A stretch of 64,000 nucleotides of DNA from a virus. Taxonomy: Duplodnaviria > Caudoviricetes. The first letter of the stretch is position 1, and each line of letters begins with the position of its first letter. The stretch is from IMG/VR virus record IMGVR_UViG_3300027804_000068, positions 2,752-66,751 of that record; one strand, given 5' to 3'. The notes beneath the pieces are model-generated. The model was given only the letters and a program-made list of their open reading frames with translations, made no database searches and was not told where the DNA came from. Position numbers and translations under genes: made by a program. Of this stretch, positions 16,929 to 25,800 are shown one piece after another.

Positions 16929-17128
16929 GTCTTATTCTTTCTGTCATACTGATGCCATTTGCACCAACCATCAGGTGAAATCTTACCTTTTACCGCAGTA
17001 CAGGCATTAGGTTCTCTCCACATATTGCAATTAGAACACTTTTCATTGCCCTTTGGTTCATCTTGATATTTTGCTGTCGCTTTTGAAGCCTTTTCTTCTT
17101 CTGATAGAAACTCTTGAAATGATTTCAT
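16925..17128 (-). CDS. HiPIP-like [4Fe-4S] protein with capsid-targeting-like N-terminus
   Basis: YQ..P.G...C31-x2-C34-x8-C43-x12-C56 with GxISPxGWC; MKSFQEFLSE start at 17128 (TGATG overlap; track start 17146). Confidence 0.75.
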   Translation of the reverse strand: MKSFQEFLSEEEKASKATAKYQDEPKGNEKCSNCNMWREPNACTAVKGKISPDGWCKWHQYDRKNKT

Positions 17129-17445
17129 CAGTCCCTGGTCCTCCAATCGGTTTCGTCTTCATCACGCTTAAACCAATCGTGCAATTCATCTGGACTGTGA
17201 AAACCACGACGACCAAAACGTTCGTGTCCAAGACCACCAATATCCATTGAGTTCAGGAAATCATCCATTTCATCCATATTGGGATTTTCTGCTTTCCTTC
17301 TTGCTTGGCGGAGCATAGTTCCAGCAGAGCGATTTGCTTTTGCTAACTTCTCTGCCCAAATCATATCTTCTAAACTCACCTCTTCATGAAGAACAATCTT
17401 CTCACAGATTGCTTCCAGTCTCAATCTATACTGCGTAGAGAGCAT
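17128..17445 (-). CDS. conserved cyanophage-type hypothetical protein
   Basis: ORF track. Confidence 0.8.
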   Translation of the reverse strand: MLSTQYRLRLEAICEKIVLHEEVSLEDMIWAEKLAKANRSAGTMLRQARRKAENPNMDEMDDFLNSMDIGGLGHERFGRRGFHSPDELHDWFKRDEDETDWRTRD

Positions 17446-17469
17446 AAGAATTACCAGATATAGGGTTAT

Positions 17470-18042
17470 TTATTTTAGATTGAAAGAAATAGAAATTCTT
17501 TCTTCATTACTCAAATTGGGATGTACCTTATGGGGCAACCAACTAGGAAAAATATATAGAGTTCCTTCTTCACTTGGAACCATAAGAGAAGAAGAGTTAA
17601 AAACATTATAACTCTTAACTTTCATATTTGTCATCAAACTCATTGATGGATTTTCAAATTCAATATTTCCACAATCATTTGGTGTTTTTACATAATAAAC
17701 TCCACTTAAAGTAGATTGTGGGTGTGTATGACTCCAATTAAAATGACCATTTTCATTGATATTGATCCATGCAGTTCCCCCAGAGACAGGTTCAATACCC
17801 ATAAATTTACAAATCTCTAGAGAAAAATCAAAAATACACTTGGATACTTCTTTGAGTTCTTTTGGGGGTTTTTTTAAATTGAATTCATTAGATTGCCATC
17901 CACCAACATTGCTAATGACTCTTCCACTATCAGTTTGTTTTCTAAAAAGAGAAAAAGATTTTATACTTTCATTGTCGAGTGAAAATTTTTGACGAAATAA
18001 TGGTATGGAAAAAATAGTTGGATATGGATTTGATCGATTCAT
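17470..18042 (-). CDS. 2OG-Fe(II) oxygenase (TIGR02466-like)
   Basis: HTHPQSTLSGVYYV...FPSWLPHKV...RISISFN. Confidence 0.85.
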   Translation of the reverse strand: MNRSNPYPTIFSIPLFRQKFSLDNESIKSFSLFRKQTDSGRVISNVGGWQSNEFNLKKPPKELKEVSKCIFDFSLEICKFMGIEPVSGGTAWININENGHFNWSHTHPQSTLSGVYYVKTPNDCGNIEFENPSMSLMTNMKVKSYNVFNSSSLMVPSEEGTLYIFPSWLPHKVHPNLSNEERISISFNLK

Positions 18043-18053
18043 AATTCAAAGTT

Positions 18054-18284
18054 TTACTTTTTTTCATATTCGTCCATCAACTCTTTTGCGAGTTTCATAG
18101 AACGACGCCACATTAGATATTTTACCACAGGATTACGTGGATTATTCAATAACCACCACTTTTGCTTCTCAAAGTTAAATTTTGCTAACTTTATAAGGTA
18201 ATAAAAAGCAGCAGCGACACTTTCATCCGTTGCGATGAAGTATGCCACTACTGCGAATACGATAAACCAACCGTAATAAGTCAT
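18054..18284 (-). CDS. small membrane protein
   Basis: ORF track; N-terminal TM. Confidence 0.75.
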   Translation of the reverse strand: MTYYGWFIVFAVVAYFIATDESVAAAFYYLIKLAKFNFEKQKWWLLNNPRNPVVKYLMWRRSMKLAKELMDEYEKK

Positions 18285-18451
18285 CGTCTGATTGTTTTTA
18301 GATACTCTAATACATGTTCACGAACTGACATGAGTTCATGATAACATTTCTGATTGTGAGCACATTGACGAAGTTCGGGATCTGGTTTATGTACGCTCTC
18401 AATAAACAGATCAAGACCACGATTCCATTTGACTTCAGGAGTTTCTTCCAT
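18281..18451 (-). CDS. hypothetical protein, 56 aa
   Basis: manual translation MEETPEVKWNRGLDLFIESV... Confidence 0.65.
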   Translation of the reverse strand: MEETPEVKWNRGLDLFIESVHKPDPELRQCAHNQKCYHELMSVREHVLEYLKTIRR

Positions 18452-18474
18452 AATCAGTGTAATAGTTGTACTAT

Positions 18475-18699
18475 TTAACCAAGAAATTGATCTAGACTGG
18501 ATACTGATGCACCTTTTGCGGACTTTTGAATGTAGGTTTTGGCGGACTTGTAATTGTTTGCCAAATGAACTTGCTGCCCATTGTGAATAATAATAAACTT
18601 CTTACCAAATTGAACTGCCGCCCACATTCCGTCTTTGGTTACATATCCGTTAGGGTCTCCTGGTTTTGGATTCAGGAGACCCTCATTTTGAATATTCAT
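18475..18699 (-). CDS. hypothetical protein
   Basis: ORF track. Confidence 0.7.
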   Translation of the reverse strand: MNIQNEGLLNPKPGDPNGYVTKDGMWAAVQFGKKFIIIHNGQQVHLANNYKSAKTYIQKSAKGASVSSLDQFLG

Positions 18700-18839
18700 C
18701 CGAAAACTGCAGTGACACCCATGACTTTAGCGTTAGGATTACGGGCAAGAGCAACCTGACGTGCCTCTTGATAATCACGTGCCTCTACGATCTCATCAAA
18801 GACCTTACCAGCAACGAACAGTTGAACTTTGCAGCGCAT
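18696..18839 (-). CDS. hypothetical protein
   Basis: ORF track (18881 start); MRCKVQL start lies downstream of the promoter. Confidence 0.7.
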   Translation of the reverse strand: MRCKVQLFVAGKVFDEIVEARDYQEARQVALARNPNAKVMGVTAVFG

Positions 18840-18869
18840 TGGAAGAAACTCCTTTTTTAGAACAGTGTT

Positions 18870-18928
18870 ATTATAGGGCATTTAGTAATGACTTGTCCAG
18901 TCAGTATGCCAGTTGATAAACTGGCATA
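18870..18928 (-). promoter_or_regulatory. early-type promoter with perfect palindrome
   Basis: TATAAT 18870-18875; TATGCCAGTT-GATA-AACTGGCATA. Confidence 0.8.
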
Positions 18929-19513
18929 TCAAGCGTAAGTAAACCATCCAGTAGCAATGTATTTTGTTTGAGTTTTACTTACAATACCATGATGCATATG
19001 AGTAAAATATGCAGGCCAAATTAAAAGTTTCCCCTCTTCTGCATTTACGTTTAGATCATATGCAGGAAAACGAGTTCCTCCATCATCAGTAATGGTATTC
19101 AAATAAAACATCCAAGCAAGCACTGTAGGAGTTCCTTTTTCTCCAGACTCACAGTGAACCTGATGATATCCTTGATTTGGTAGATACTTTTGAATATGAT
19201 AGTAATTATCTGGACCCCATGGTGCTATCATATCAGAACCAGAATACTCTTCCCTGTATTGTTGAGAGTACTTCATTAATGCCTTTTCAAGTAGATAAGT
19301 TGCGTAAATATCTTCTTGCCACCATGGGATAATTAAATCTGTAGAATCTTTTCTACTCTTATCCACTGCTGGTTTCATAGATTTGATATCAAAAAGCATT
19401 CCTGGCGCCTTCTGATCCGAATCTTCAAAATATTGAATGATTGCTTTACACTCATCTTGAGAAAGAGCATTCTTATATGCTCCAATAAAATCTGGATTTT
19501 GTTTTTTACCCAT
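18929..19513 (-). CDS. 2OG-Fe(II) oxygenase (prolyl-4-hydroxylase-like)
   Basis: IQKY...GYH..HCE...WMFYLN...GGTRF...THMHHG...KYIATGW. Confidence 0.85.
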   Translation of the reverse strand: MGKKQNPDFIGAYKNALSQDECKAIIQYFEDSDQKAPGMLFDIKSMKPAVDKSRKDSTDLIIPWWQEDIYATYLLEKALMKYSQQYREEYSGSDMIAPWGPDNYYHIQKYLPNQGYHQVHCESGEKGTPTVLAWMFYLNTITDDGGTRFPAYDLNVNAEEGKLLIWPAYFTHMHHGIVSKTQTKYIATGWFTYA

Positions 19514-19515
19514 AA

Positions 19516-20751
19516 TTACCTCTTAATTACACTAATGGCAGGTTGACCTTGGTTGAATACGGTATCGACCACCGCCTGCACCTTCCTAGCGGTGCTCACG
19601 CCCACAGAAGAGTAGACAGGAATGCAAACCAACCCAAAGGACTTGGTGTAGTCTACAAGGGCACCAGGGGCGATCCTGCCGCTGCTGAGACCCTCTGCAT
19701 CGTCCTTGTGCAGGCGAATGACCCGCCCAATGGTCTGAGAGATCCCGATATAATCCATAGAGCGCATAAACAGAACTGCCTCCAGACCAGACACGTTGAT
19801 ACCTTCAGACAGAATACTGTGATGAAGAACAACGAACTTCTTAGAATCATCCTTACCCCAGGCAGAGAGAGTGTCGAAGAACACCTCACGGTTGACCTTT
19901 TGACCATCAATCACAGCACCAGTCTTGGACGTAATATACATCCAAGAGAAACCACGATCCTCCAGTTGCTTGCAAAAGTCAGTCTGGGAAACCAAAGAAA
20001 CAATCTGCTTGGTTGCCTTGGAGCAGATCAGAACCTTAGAAACTTCCTGAGCATCAATCGTCTGAATCAAATTCTCACAGTCAACATCAGCAACAATCTG
20101 ACCCTTACTGAGCATCTCAAACTGTTGCACCACAACCTTAGGAGGAACAATAAAACCACCTTCTACCAGTTCAGGTGCAGGAACATTGCAAATCACGTTG
20201 CCATAAACGGCAGCGTCATTCATCCCAGGTTTGGAAATAGTAGCAGAATGCTTAGGAGTAGCAGTGAAGAAATAGCAGCGGTCAGCAGCAGAAGCGAAGT
20301 GCTCCGTAGCAGGGAAAAAGTGACGCTGAACAGAGTTGTGTGCCTCATCAAAGTAAATGGTATCAACCTTAAGATCTGCCTGTTGCAGACTCTGCAGGGA
20401 GTTGTAGGTGGTAAAGATCAGTTGATGCTTGTAGGCACGACGGGACCAGTTGTAGATTTCAGAAGGTTTGGTCGTGCTCTGGTGATGCGTCTCACCACTA
20501 TGAACGTGAAGAACAGCAGCAGTCGTGATAAACTCAAGGAACTCGCTGGACAATTGCTCTGCCAGGATGATTCTCGGACAGCACACTACAATGGTCTTCG
20601 GAGCATCAGACTGAAACTCACGCAGAGCATCAAAGATAGCAACGTTGGTCTTGCCAGAACCAGTCGGCATAATCACCTGACCCTTACGATACTGCAGCAA
20701 GGCATCCAAAGCACGTTGCTGGTGAGGTCGGAGTTGAATCACAGGTCTCAT
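19516..20751 (-). CDS. SF2 DExH helicase-like protein (ResIII-type domain)
   Basis: PTGSGKT (Walker A), DEAH, TATP, SEGINV, QTIGRVIR. Confidence 0.88.
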   Translation of the reverse strand: MRPVIQLRPHQQRALDALLQYRKGQVIMPTGSGKTNVAIFDALREFQSDAPKTIVVCCPRIILAEQLSSEFLEFITTAAVLHVHSGETHHQSTTKPSEIYNWSRRAYKHQLIFTTYNSLQSLQQADLKVDTIYFDEAHNSVQRHFFPATEHFASAADRCYFFTATPKHSATISKPGMNDAAVYGNVICNVPAPELVEGGFIVPPKVVVQQFEMLSKGQIVADVDCENLIQTIDAQEVSKVLICSKATKQIVSLVSQTDFCKQLEDRGFSWMYITSKTGAVIDGQKVNREVFFDTLSAWGKDDSKKFVVLHHSILSEGINVSGLEAVLFMRSMDYIGISQTIGRVIRLHKDDAEGLSSGRIAPGALVDYTKSFGLVCIPVYSSVGVSTARKVQAVVDTVFNQGQPAISVIKR

Positions 20752-20764
20752 CGCGTATAGGACT

Positions 20765-20820
20765 ATTATAGCAGAAAACCGCCCCTGGTGCGACCCATGG
20801 GACAGTTCTCAAAGTGTCCT
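20765..20820 (-). promoter_or_regulatory. early-type promoter
   Basis: TATAAT 20765-20770; GGACAGTT-N4-AAGTGTCC. Confidence 0.7.
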
Positions 20821-20852
20821 AGTATCTTATCTTCAACCCAGACAAAGATAGT

Positions 20853-21188
20853 CTACTGGGATTCTTGATTTTTGTCAATGTTTTCTGCAATTTTTTCAAA
20901 CTTTTCTTGCCAAGCATTTTCATCGGCACTCCATTTTCCTAATGGGCAGGAATCAAGGATAACTCTTGCTTTCGCAGGAACATAACACCCACATTCCATA
21001 CATTTATTTTCCATATCATCAAATCTTTCACAAGATTTGCAAATAGTTGTTCTTTCTTTGTAAACGTCATCTGCTACAAACATTACACTGCTATGATTTT
21101 GATGAATATACTTTACAAGTTCCCAAGAAAAATTAGCAAGGTTTTTTGCTTGTTGCCCAAGAGAAGGATACTGTTTTTCGTCGGACAT
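20853..21188 (-). CDS. Cys-cluster protein (CxxC...CxxCGC...CPxGKW; DUF6171-like)
   Basis: CKSC...CMECGC...CPLGKW; start MSDEK (track 21203). Confidence 0.7.
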   Translation of the reverse strand: MSDEKQYPSLGQQAKNLANFSWELVKYIHQNHSSVMFVADDVYKERTTICKSCERFDDMENKCMECGCYVPAKARVILDSCPLGKWSADENAWQEKFEKIAENIDKNQESQ

Positions 21189-21216
21189 TTTGATATTTTT
21201 CAACTAAATTTATTTA

Positions 21217-22350
21217 TTATGGGTTATATGCACCCTTTATTGTCGATGAGTTAATTTCCCCCTGGACAGAATAATTTGATCCTGAAATTGCTCTACCGCC
21301 AGGACCACCACTTCCAGTATTAGAAGTACTTTGACCAGCAGTTGCCCAGGGTCCACCAGGAAACCCAAGTTGTCCAGAATTCCCATTAGTCGCTCCACAA
21401 CCCCCACCAGCGCCACCTAGGGATCCATTAGATCCAAATACAGGACCACCTTGAGTTGTGTATCCCTGTCCTTGACCACCATTTCCTCCCTCTCCACCTG
21501 TGCCTCCAGCAGTGGGAACATCTTGTCTACAATACCTACACTGCCTATTTTGTGAGCAACACGTACTCCATCCGCAAGAATATGTTTGGCAGCAGCCGCC
21601 ACAGTTTCCACTGTATCCAGTTTCATAATAACCTGAAGGGCAACCTGGTGCTCCGCCACATCCTGCAGTTTCAGTGGTGTATACACAAAGACCAGGGGAT
21701 CCATTTGTACCATTTGCCCCCTTTTCTCCTCCTCCACCACCACCATAAATTTGTGCGCTGCTTCTTACAAATACAACAATATTATTTCCTCCTGAAGATG
21801 CCATAGTCAAAGCAGTTCCACCAGGTTCACCACTAATCGGATATGAAGCATTAGTGCCTCCACCAACTCCACCACACGCATAAATGTTTCCGTAGACATC
21901 AATGGTTAAGTTATATGCTGTAGCATTAAAATCCGCTGCTGAAGATGAAGCGGCATTAGAACCACAAGTTCCATCAACAAATAAAAATTTACGAATATTT
22001 TTATCTAAATTACTATTCCAAGTTTGAGAACTAATATTGAAATTAATATCTGTTCCAGATTGTGCAATATAATAATACTTTATTGAACCTCTAAATTGAG
22101 AAAGTTTCCAGTCATTTAGTGTTGAAATGTTACCATTTTCTGTCGAATCAGGAACAATGGGATTAGTATCAGTGGTAGTTGTAATTCTTCTAAAATCAGA
22201 CGCTCTAACTTCACCTGTGTCTGTATCAAAGATTGCACTTCCGCCAGAAGTTGTCTTTCTTTGTTGAGCACGAAAGTTAGATCTTAAGGAACTAAATGCA
22301 ATTTGACCAGAAACATAATATGGACCAGCTTTTGATACTGTTGCAGCCAT
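21217..22350 (-). CDS. Gly-rich virion/fibre adhesin-like protein with a Cys-rich insert
   Basis: GGGGGG/GxxG tracts; 11-Cys segment; late-type ATAAATA upstream (about 22371-22377). Confidence 0.65.
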   Translation of the reverse strand: MAATVSKAGPYYVSGQIAFSSLRSNFRAQQRKTTSGGSAIFDTDTGEVRASDFRRITTTTDTNPIVPDSTENGNISTLNDWKLSQFRGSIKYYYIAQSGTDINFNISSQTWNSNLDKNIRKFLFVDGTCGSNAASSSAADFNATAYNLTIDVYGNIYACGGVGGGTNASYPISGEPGGTALTMASSGGNNIVVFVRSSAQIYGGGGGGEKGANGTNGSPGLCVYTTETAGCGGAPGCPSGYYETGYSGNCGGCCQTYSCGWSTCCSQNRQCRYCRQDVPTAGGTGGEGGNGGQGQGYTTQGGPVFGSNGSLGGAGGGCGATNGNSGQLGFPGGPWATAGQSTSNTGSGGPGGRAISGSNYSVQGEINSSTIKGAYNP

Positions 22351-22367
22351 TACATCTTGTGTTTTCT

Positions 22368-23825
22368 TTATTTATGAATTGAATCTATAATTTTCTTATG
22401 AGATATTTTTTTATTTTCAGATTTTTTAAGTTGATTATAAGTATAATTTTTCTTTGCCATCTCTAAAATTTGATTTTTATTATGTTTTGAGTTCAAATAA
22501 TCATTAATTGAATTTTTATTGAACATTTTTAATCCATTTGCAATCTGAATAAAACTATCAATAGGCCAAAAAAACTTAAATGGATTATCTCCCAAACTAA
22601 TGCTATCTAGAAATTCATTTCTACATTTTTCATCAATATCTTTAACCCACTCTTTTTTATTAGAAGTCATATATTTCCAAAATTCAGAGTCAGTTCGATT
22701 GGTATTGTAATGAAGACAAATAAAATCAATAATCGTTTCATATGTATTTAAATTTCTTTGATTAAATCTTTTTCGATTATGCTCCAAAAATTTTAAACTA
22801 GAATTTAATGAAACAAAATCATAGATTTGTTTTACAATGATGTGGATACCAGTCGATTCCAGAGGTTCAACAAATCCGCTTGATAATCCAATTGCTAAAC
22901 AATTACCGACCCATGCTTGGTCATAATAACCTGGTTTGTAATGAATGATTCTATCTGTTTTAAGTTCAACTCCAAATCGTTCTAATAACCAACTATTGTA
23001 TTTTTCTCTTGCTTCTTCATCTGTCGTAAATTTAGAAGAATAAAGATATCCTGTTCCATATCGATTTCCAATTGGTATTTGCCATATCCACCCATTATCA
23101 GTTGCTTCTGCAAGTGTATATGATGGAATCTCGTCAAAATTATGAGGTATTTGTTGGGGAATTGCCCTATCAATTGGCAAATAATCGGTTATATCATTCC
23201 ATTTTGTCTCTAGATTTTTAATCAGAATTGAATTAAATCCTGAACAATCAACATAAAAATCTGCGGTTATATTCCCACTATTTTTAAAATCTATACTTTC
23301 GATTTGATTATCTTTGATATTGATTTTCTCAGCGACATCATTTATGAATTGAACTTCATTGCTCAATCTTTCAAACATATAATTTGAAAAATCTTGAGTA
23401 TCTATGTGCAATGCATGATCATAATCGAAGTTTTCTTGTGGAAGTGTTGTAGTTGCCTCATTATATAAAAGACCTCCATCGTAGCAATCATTTGGAATTG
23501 AATATATTGCGCTTGAGTCATCACATTCACCCCAAAAGCTAACCTCCTGAAATCCATGAAAATATTCGGTATTAGGTATCCAATTTTTAAAATTAATTCC
23601 CAACTTTACGGTTACATTTAAATCTCGAATCAAGTCTGCAGTCGTAAGACCTATGGCATTTAAAAATTGATGGATTATGGGCGTCGTGCTTTCACCAACA
23701 GCAATATTTTTCTTTGTTGCATCATAATACAAAGATACTTGGACTTTATCTCCCCAGTAACTTTTTATCATGCTTGCAGCAATTAATCCGGCAGTTCCGG
23801 ATCCTAAAATAACAAATTTTTTCAT
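22368..23825 (-). CDS. flavin-dependent (tryptophan) halogenase family
   Basis: GSGTAG, AVGEST, VDCSG, GWIWQIP, GFVEPLESTG. Confidence 0.9.
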   Translation of the reverse strand: MKKFVILGSGTAGLIAASMIKSYWGDKVQVSLYYDATKKNIAVGESTTPIIHQFLNAIGLTTADLIRDLNVTVKLGINFKNWIPNTEYFHGFQEVSFWGECDDSSAIYSIPNDCYDGGLLYNEATTTLPQENFDYDHALHIDTQDFSNYMFERLSNEVQFINDVAEKINIKDNQIESIDFKNSGNITADFYVDCSGFNSILIKNLETKWNDITDYLPIDRAIPQQIPHNFDEIPSYTLAEATDNGWIWQIPIGNRYGTGYLYSSKFTTDEEAREKYNSWLLERFGVELKTDRIIHYKPGYYDQAWVGNCLAIGLSSGFVEPLESTGIHIIVKQIYDFVSLNSSLKFLEHNRKRFNQRNLNTYETIIDFICLHYNTNRTDSEFWKYMTSNKKEWVKDIDEKCRNEFLDSISLGDNPFKFFWPIDSFIQIANGLKMFNKNSINDYLNSKHNKNQILEMAKKNYTYNQLKKSENKKISHKKIIDSIHK

Positions 23826-23840
23826 AAAAAATTAAAAAGA

Positions 23841-25784
23841 TTAATTAAAGTCAGTCCAAGCTATGCCTGTCCATCCTTGGAATTTAGATGTATTTGTGTT
23901 ATATATGACCGCACCAGAATATCCAATTCCTGTTGATAATCCAGATCTTTGTGCAGTCGTTAATTTTGGCACCATCATAAATGCAAATTGACCAGAACTA
24001 AAAGATTTTCCTCCATCAGCAAAATCAAGAGCACAACGAACGCTTGTTGTACCAACTCCTACTGCAGCATCTCCTGATACATATAAGTCTGAATTGACAA
24101 GTTTGGTGCTTGAATTGTATTGCTCAAATTCTTTCGCTAAGACTATTCCAATCCCGATAGTAGAAGAAGTGGATCCAATTCCAATACCAGAAAATACAGC
24201 GCCGCCAGCTACGTTAAGTAATTCAGTCGCAAAAGTAGTAGTGCTAATTCCAATTCTAGCAAATAAACCATCATCAATTCTTGCATCCACACCAACAGCT
24301 GGGAAATCTGTTCCTATTCCAATAGAACCAATACCAGTAATCGCTATACTACCAGAAACTTTTAGATCATTGAATGTTGATACTCCAGAACTATTATTAA
24401 GATTTGTATTATTTACTATCGATGGTAATGTAAAAGATGCTGCAGAAATATTTCCAACTACAGTCACGTTAGATCCAAAGTTGGCATTACCAGTAACAGT
24501 TGATGTGCCTACAACATGAAGATCATCTGATGGATTTGTAATTCCAATTCCAAATCTACCATCATAAGTTAATGTAGCTAATTCAGCATTTGTTTGACCA
24601 TAGATCCAACCAAATCTTCCAGTATTAATTCCTGATTGTCCAGCGTGCAGATAGAAATTGAAATCGCCAGTGTCATTGTTAAGAATGTCCAAAGTTCTAC
24701 TAGCACTTCCAAATCTAATAACTCCAGTACTTCTTCCAACACCAACAGATTGTCCAACACTAATTGTAGATACACCAGTGTTAGAAATAATTTCAAATAA
24801 TGGCGCCGTAGATCTACGAATTTGTAATTGTGAAGTTGGTATTGATGTTCCAATACCAACACGCGCATTATTCGTAGCAGTAAATGATGTTCCACCAAGA
24901 CCAATGTCCAATTCAGTTATTACTGTTATAATGCCAACAGTAGATAATCCAGTTCTAACTTCAATTGCGGTTACTGTACCAACTCCAATACTTGGATTAC
25001 CTGCAAGTGATAATGCTGTGGTTGCAATTCCGACTAAACCGCCAAAAAATGTAGTTGCCGTTACAAATCCAGCTGTTACAAGTCCAACTGTTACAATTCC
25101 AGAAAGATTTGCATTTTGCCCATTAAATTGAATAGAAGTAATAACTCCACTTGTAATTAATGTTGCTGCTGTTGTTCCAAGTCCTACCCTAATATTTGTT
25201 ATGGTAGAAATTCCTGTTGAATTTATATCTCCAATAATAGATCCATTAAAATATGTTGAAGCTGTAATAATTCCAGATGCTTTGATATTTCCTCTAGAAT
25301 TAATTCCCACTCCACCAGTATTTGGACCTACTGTTGAATCTGGATTTCCCCCAATATGAAGAAAATAAGGTTGGATTGGATTTGTTGTGCCTATGCCAAC
25401 TCTACCAATTGCGTATATACTTGTTACTCCAAATCCTGGATTAATATCTACCCACTGTGATGTTGGAATATTAATCAATCCACTTCCATCACCATAATAC
25501 GTTACAATTCCAGATGTTGTTATTCCCGTAATAATGCCACTACTAATTTTAACAGTTCCGTCTGTTATTGTACCAAAAGTTGCAATACCTGTTACTTGTA
25601 TATTTGGTACACTAATCGAAGTTGCAGTTAATAAACCAATTATTCTTGCATTGCCACGAACGTCTAAAATTTCAATTGGTGAAGATGTTCCAATACCAAC
25701 CAATCCATTAGCATTTACAATAAAGTTTTTGTCATCAACTTGAACACCATTACGAAGGTTAAATGACTTTCTATAATTTGCCAT
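23841..25784 (-). CDS. tail fibre-like virion structural protein
   Basis: repeated VGIGT motifs, Thr/Gly-rich; ATAAATA late promoter at 25802-25808. Confidence 0.8.
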   Translation of the reverse strand: MANYRKSFNLRNGVQVDDKNFIVNANGLVGIGTSSPIEILDVRGNARIIGLLTATSISVPNIQVTGIATFGTITDGTVKISSGIITGITTSGIVTYYGDGSGLINIPTSQWVDINPGFGVTSIYAIGRVGIGTTNPIQPYFLHIGGNPDSTVGPNTGGVGINSRGNIKASGIITASTYFNGSIIGDINSTGISTITNIRVGLGTTAATLITSGVITSIQFNGQNANLSGIVTVGLVTAGFVTATTFFGGLVGIATTALSLAGNPSIGVGTVTAIEVRTGLSTVGIITVITELDIGLGGTSFTATNNARVGIGTSIPTSQLQIRRSTAPLFEIISNTGVSTISVGQSVGVGRSTGVIRFGSASRTLDILNNDTGDFNFYLHAGQSGINTGRFGWIYGQTNAELATLTYDGRFGIGITNPSDDLHVVGTSTVTGNANFGSNVTVVGNISAASFTLPSIVNNTNLNNSSGVSTFNDLKVSGSIAITGIGSIGIGTDFPAVGVDARIDDGLFARIGISTTTFATELLNVAGGAVFSGIGIGSTSSTIGIGIVLAKEFEQYNSSTKLVNSDLYVSGDAAVGVGTTSVRCALDFADGGKSFSSGQFAFMMVPKLTTAQRSGLSTGIGYSGAVIYNTNTSKFQGWTGIAWTDFN

Positions 25785-25800
25785 CTTATATGGTTTTTAG

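Noticed and set aside
19516-20751. Helicase as the Res subunit of a type III R-M system with the two MTases
   Set aside because: No nuclease domain, about 12 kb from the MTases, and each MTase already overlaps its own nuclease-like ORF
19543-20760. 405-aa plus-strand ORF spanning the helicase
   Set aside because: Exactly antisense to a gene with all SF2 motifs; no recognisable motifs of its own; codon bias of the sense gene explains the lack of stops
2253-20820. Recurrent palindromes as a CRISPR-like array
   Set aside because: Irregular kb-scale spacing with genes between copies and a fixed link to -10 boxes indicate promoters; no cas operon (the RecB/Cas4-like exonuclease is a usual T4-like core gene)
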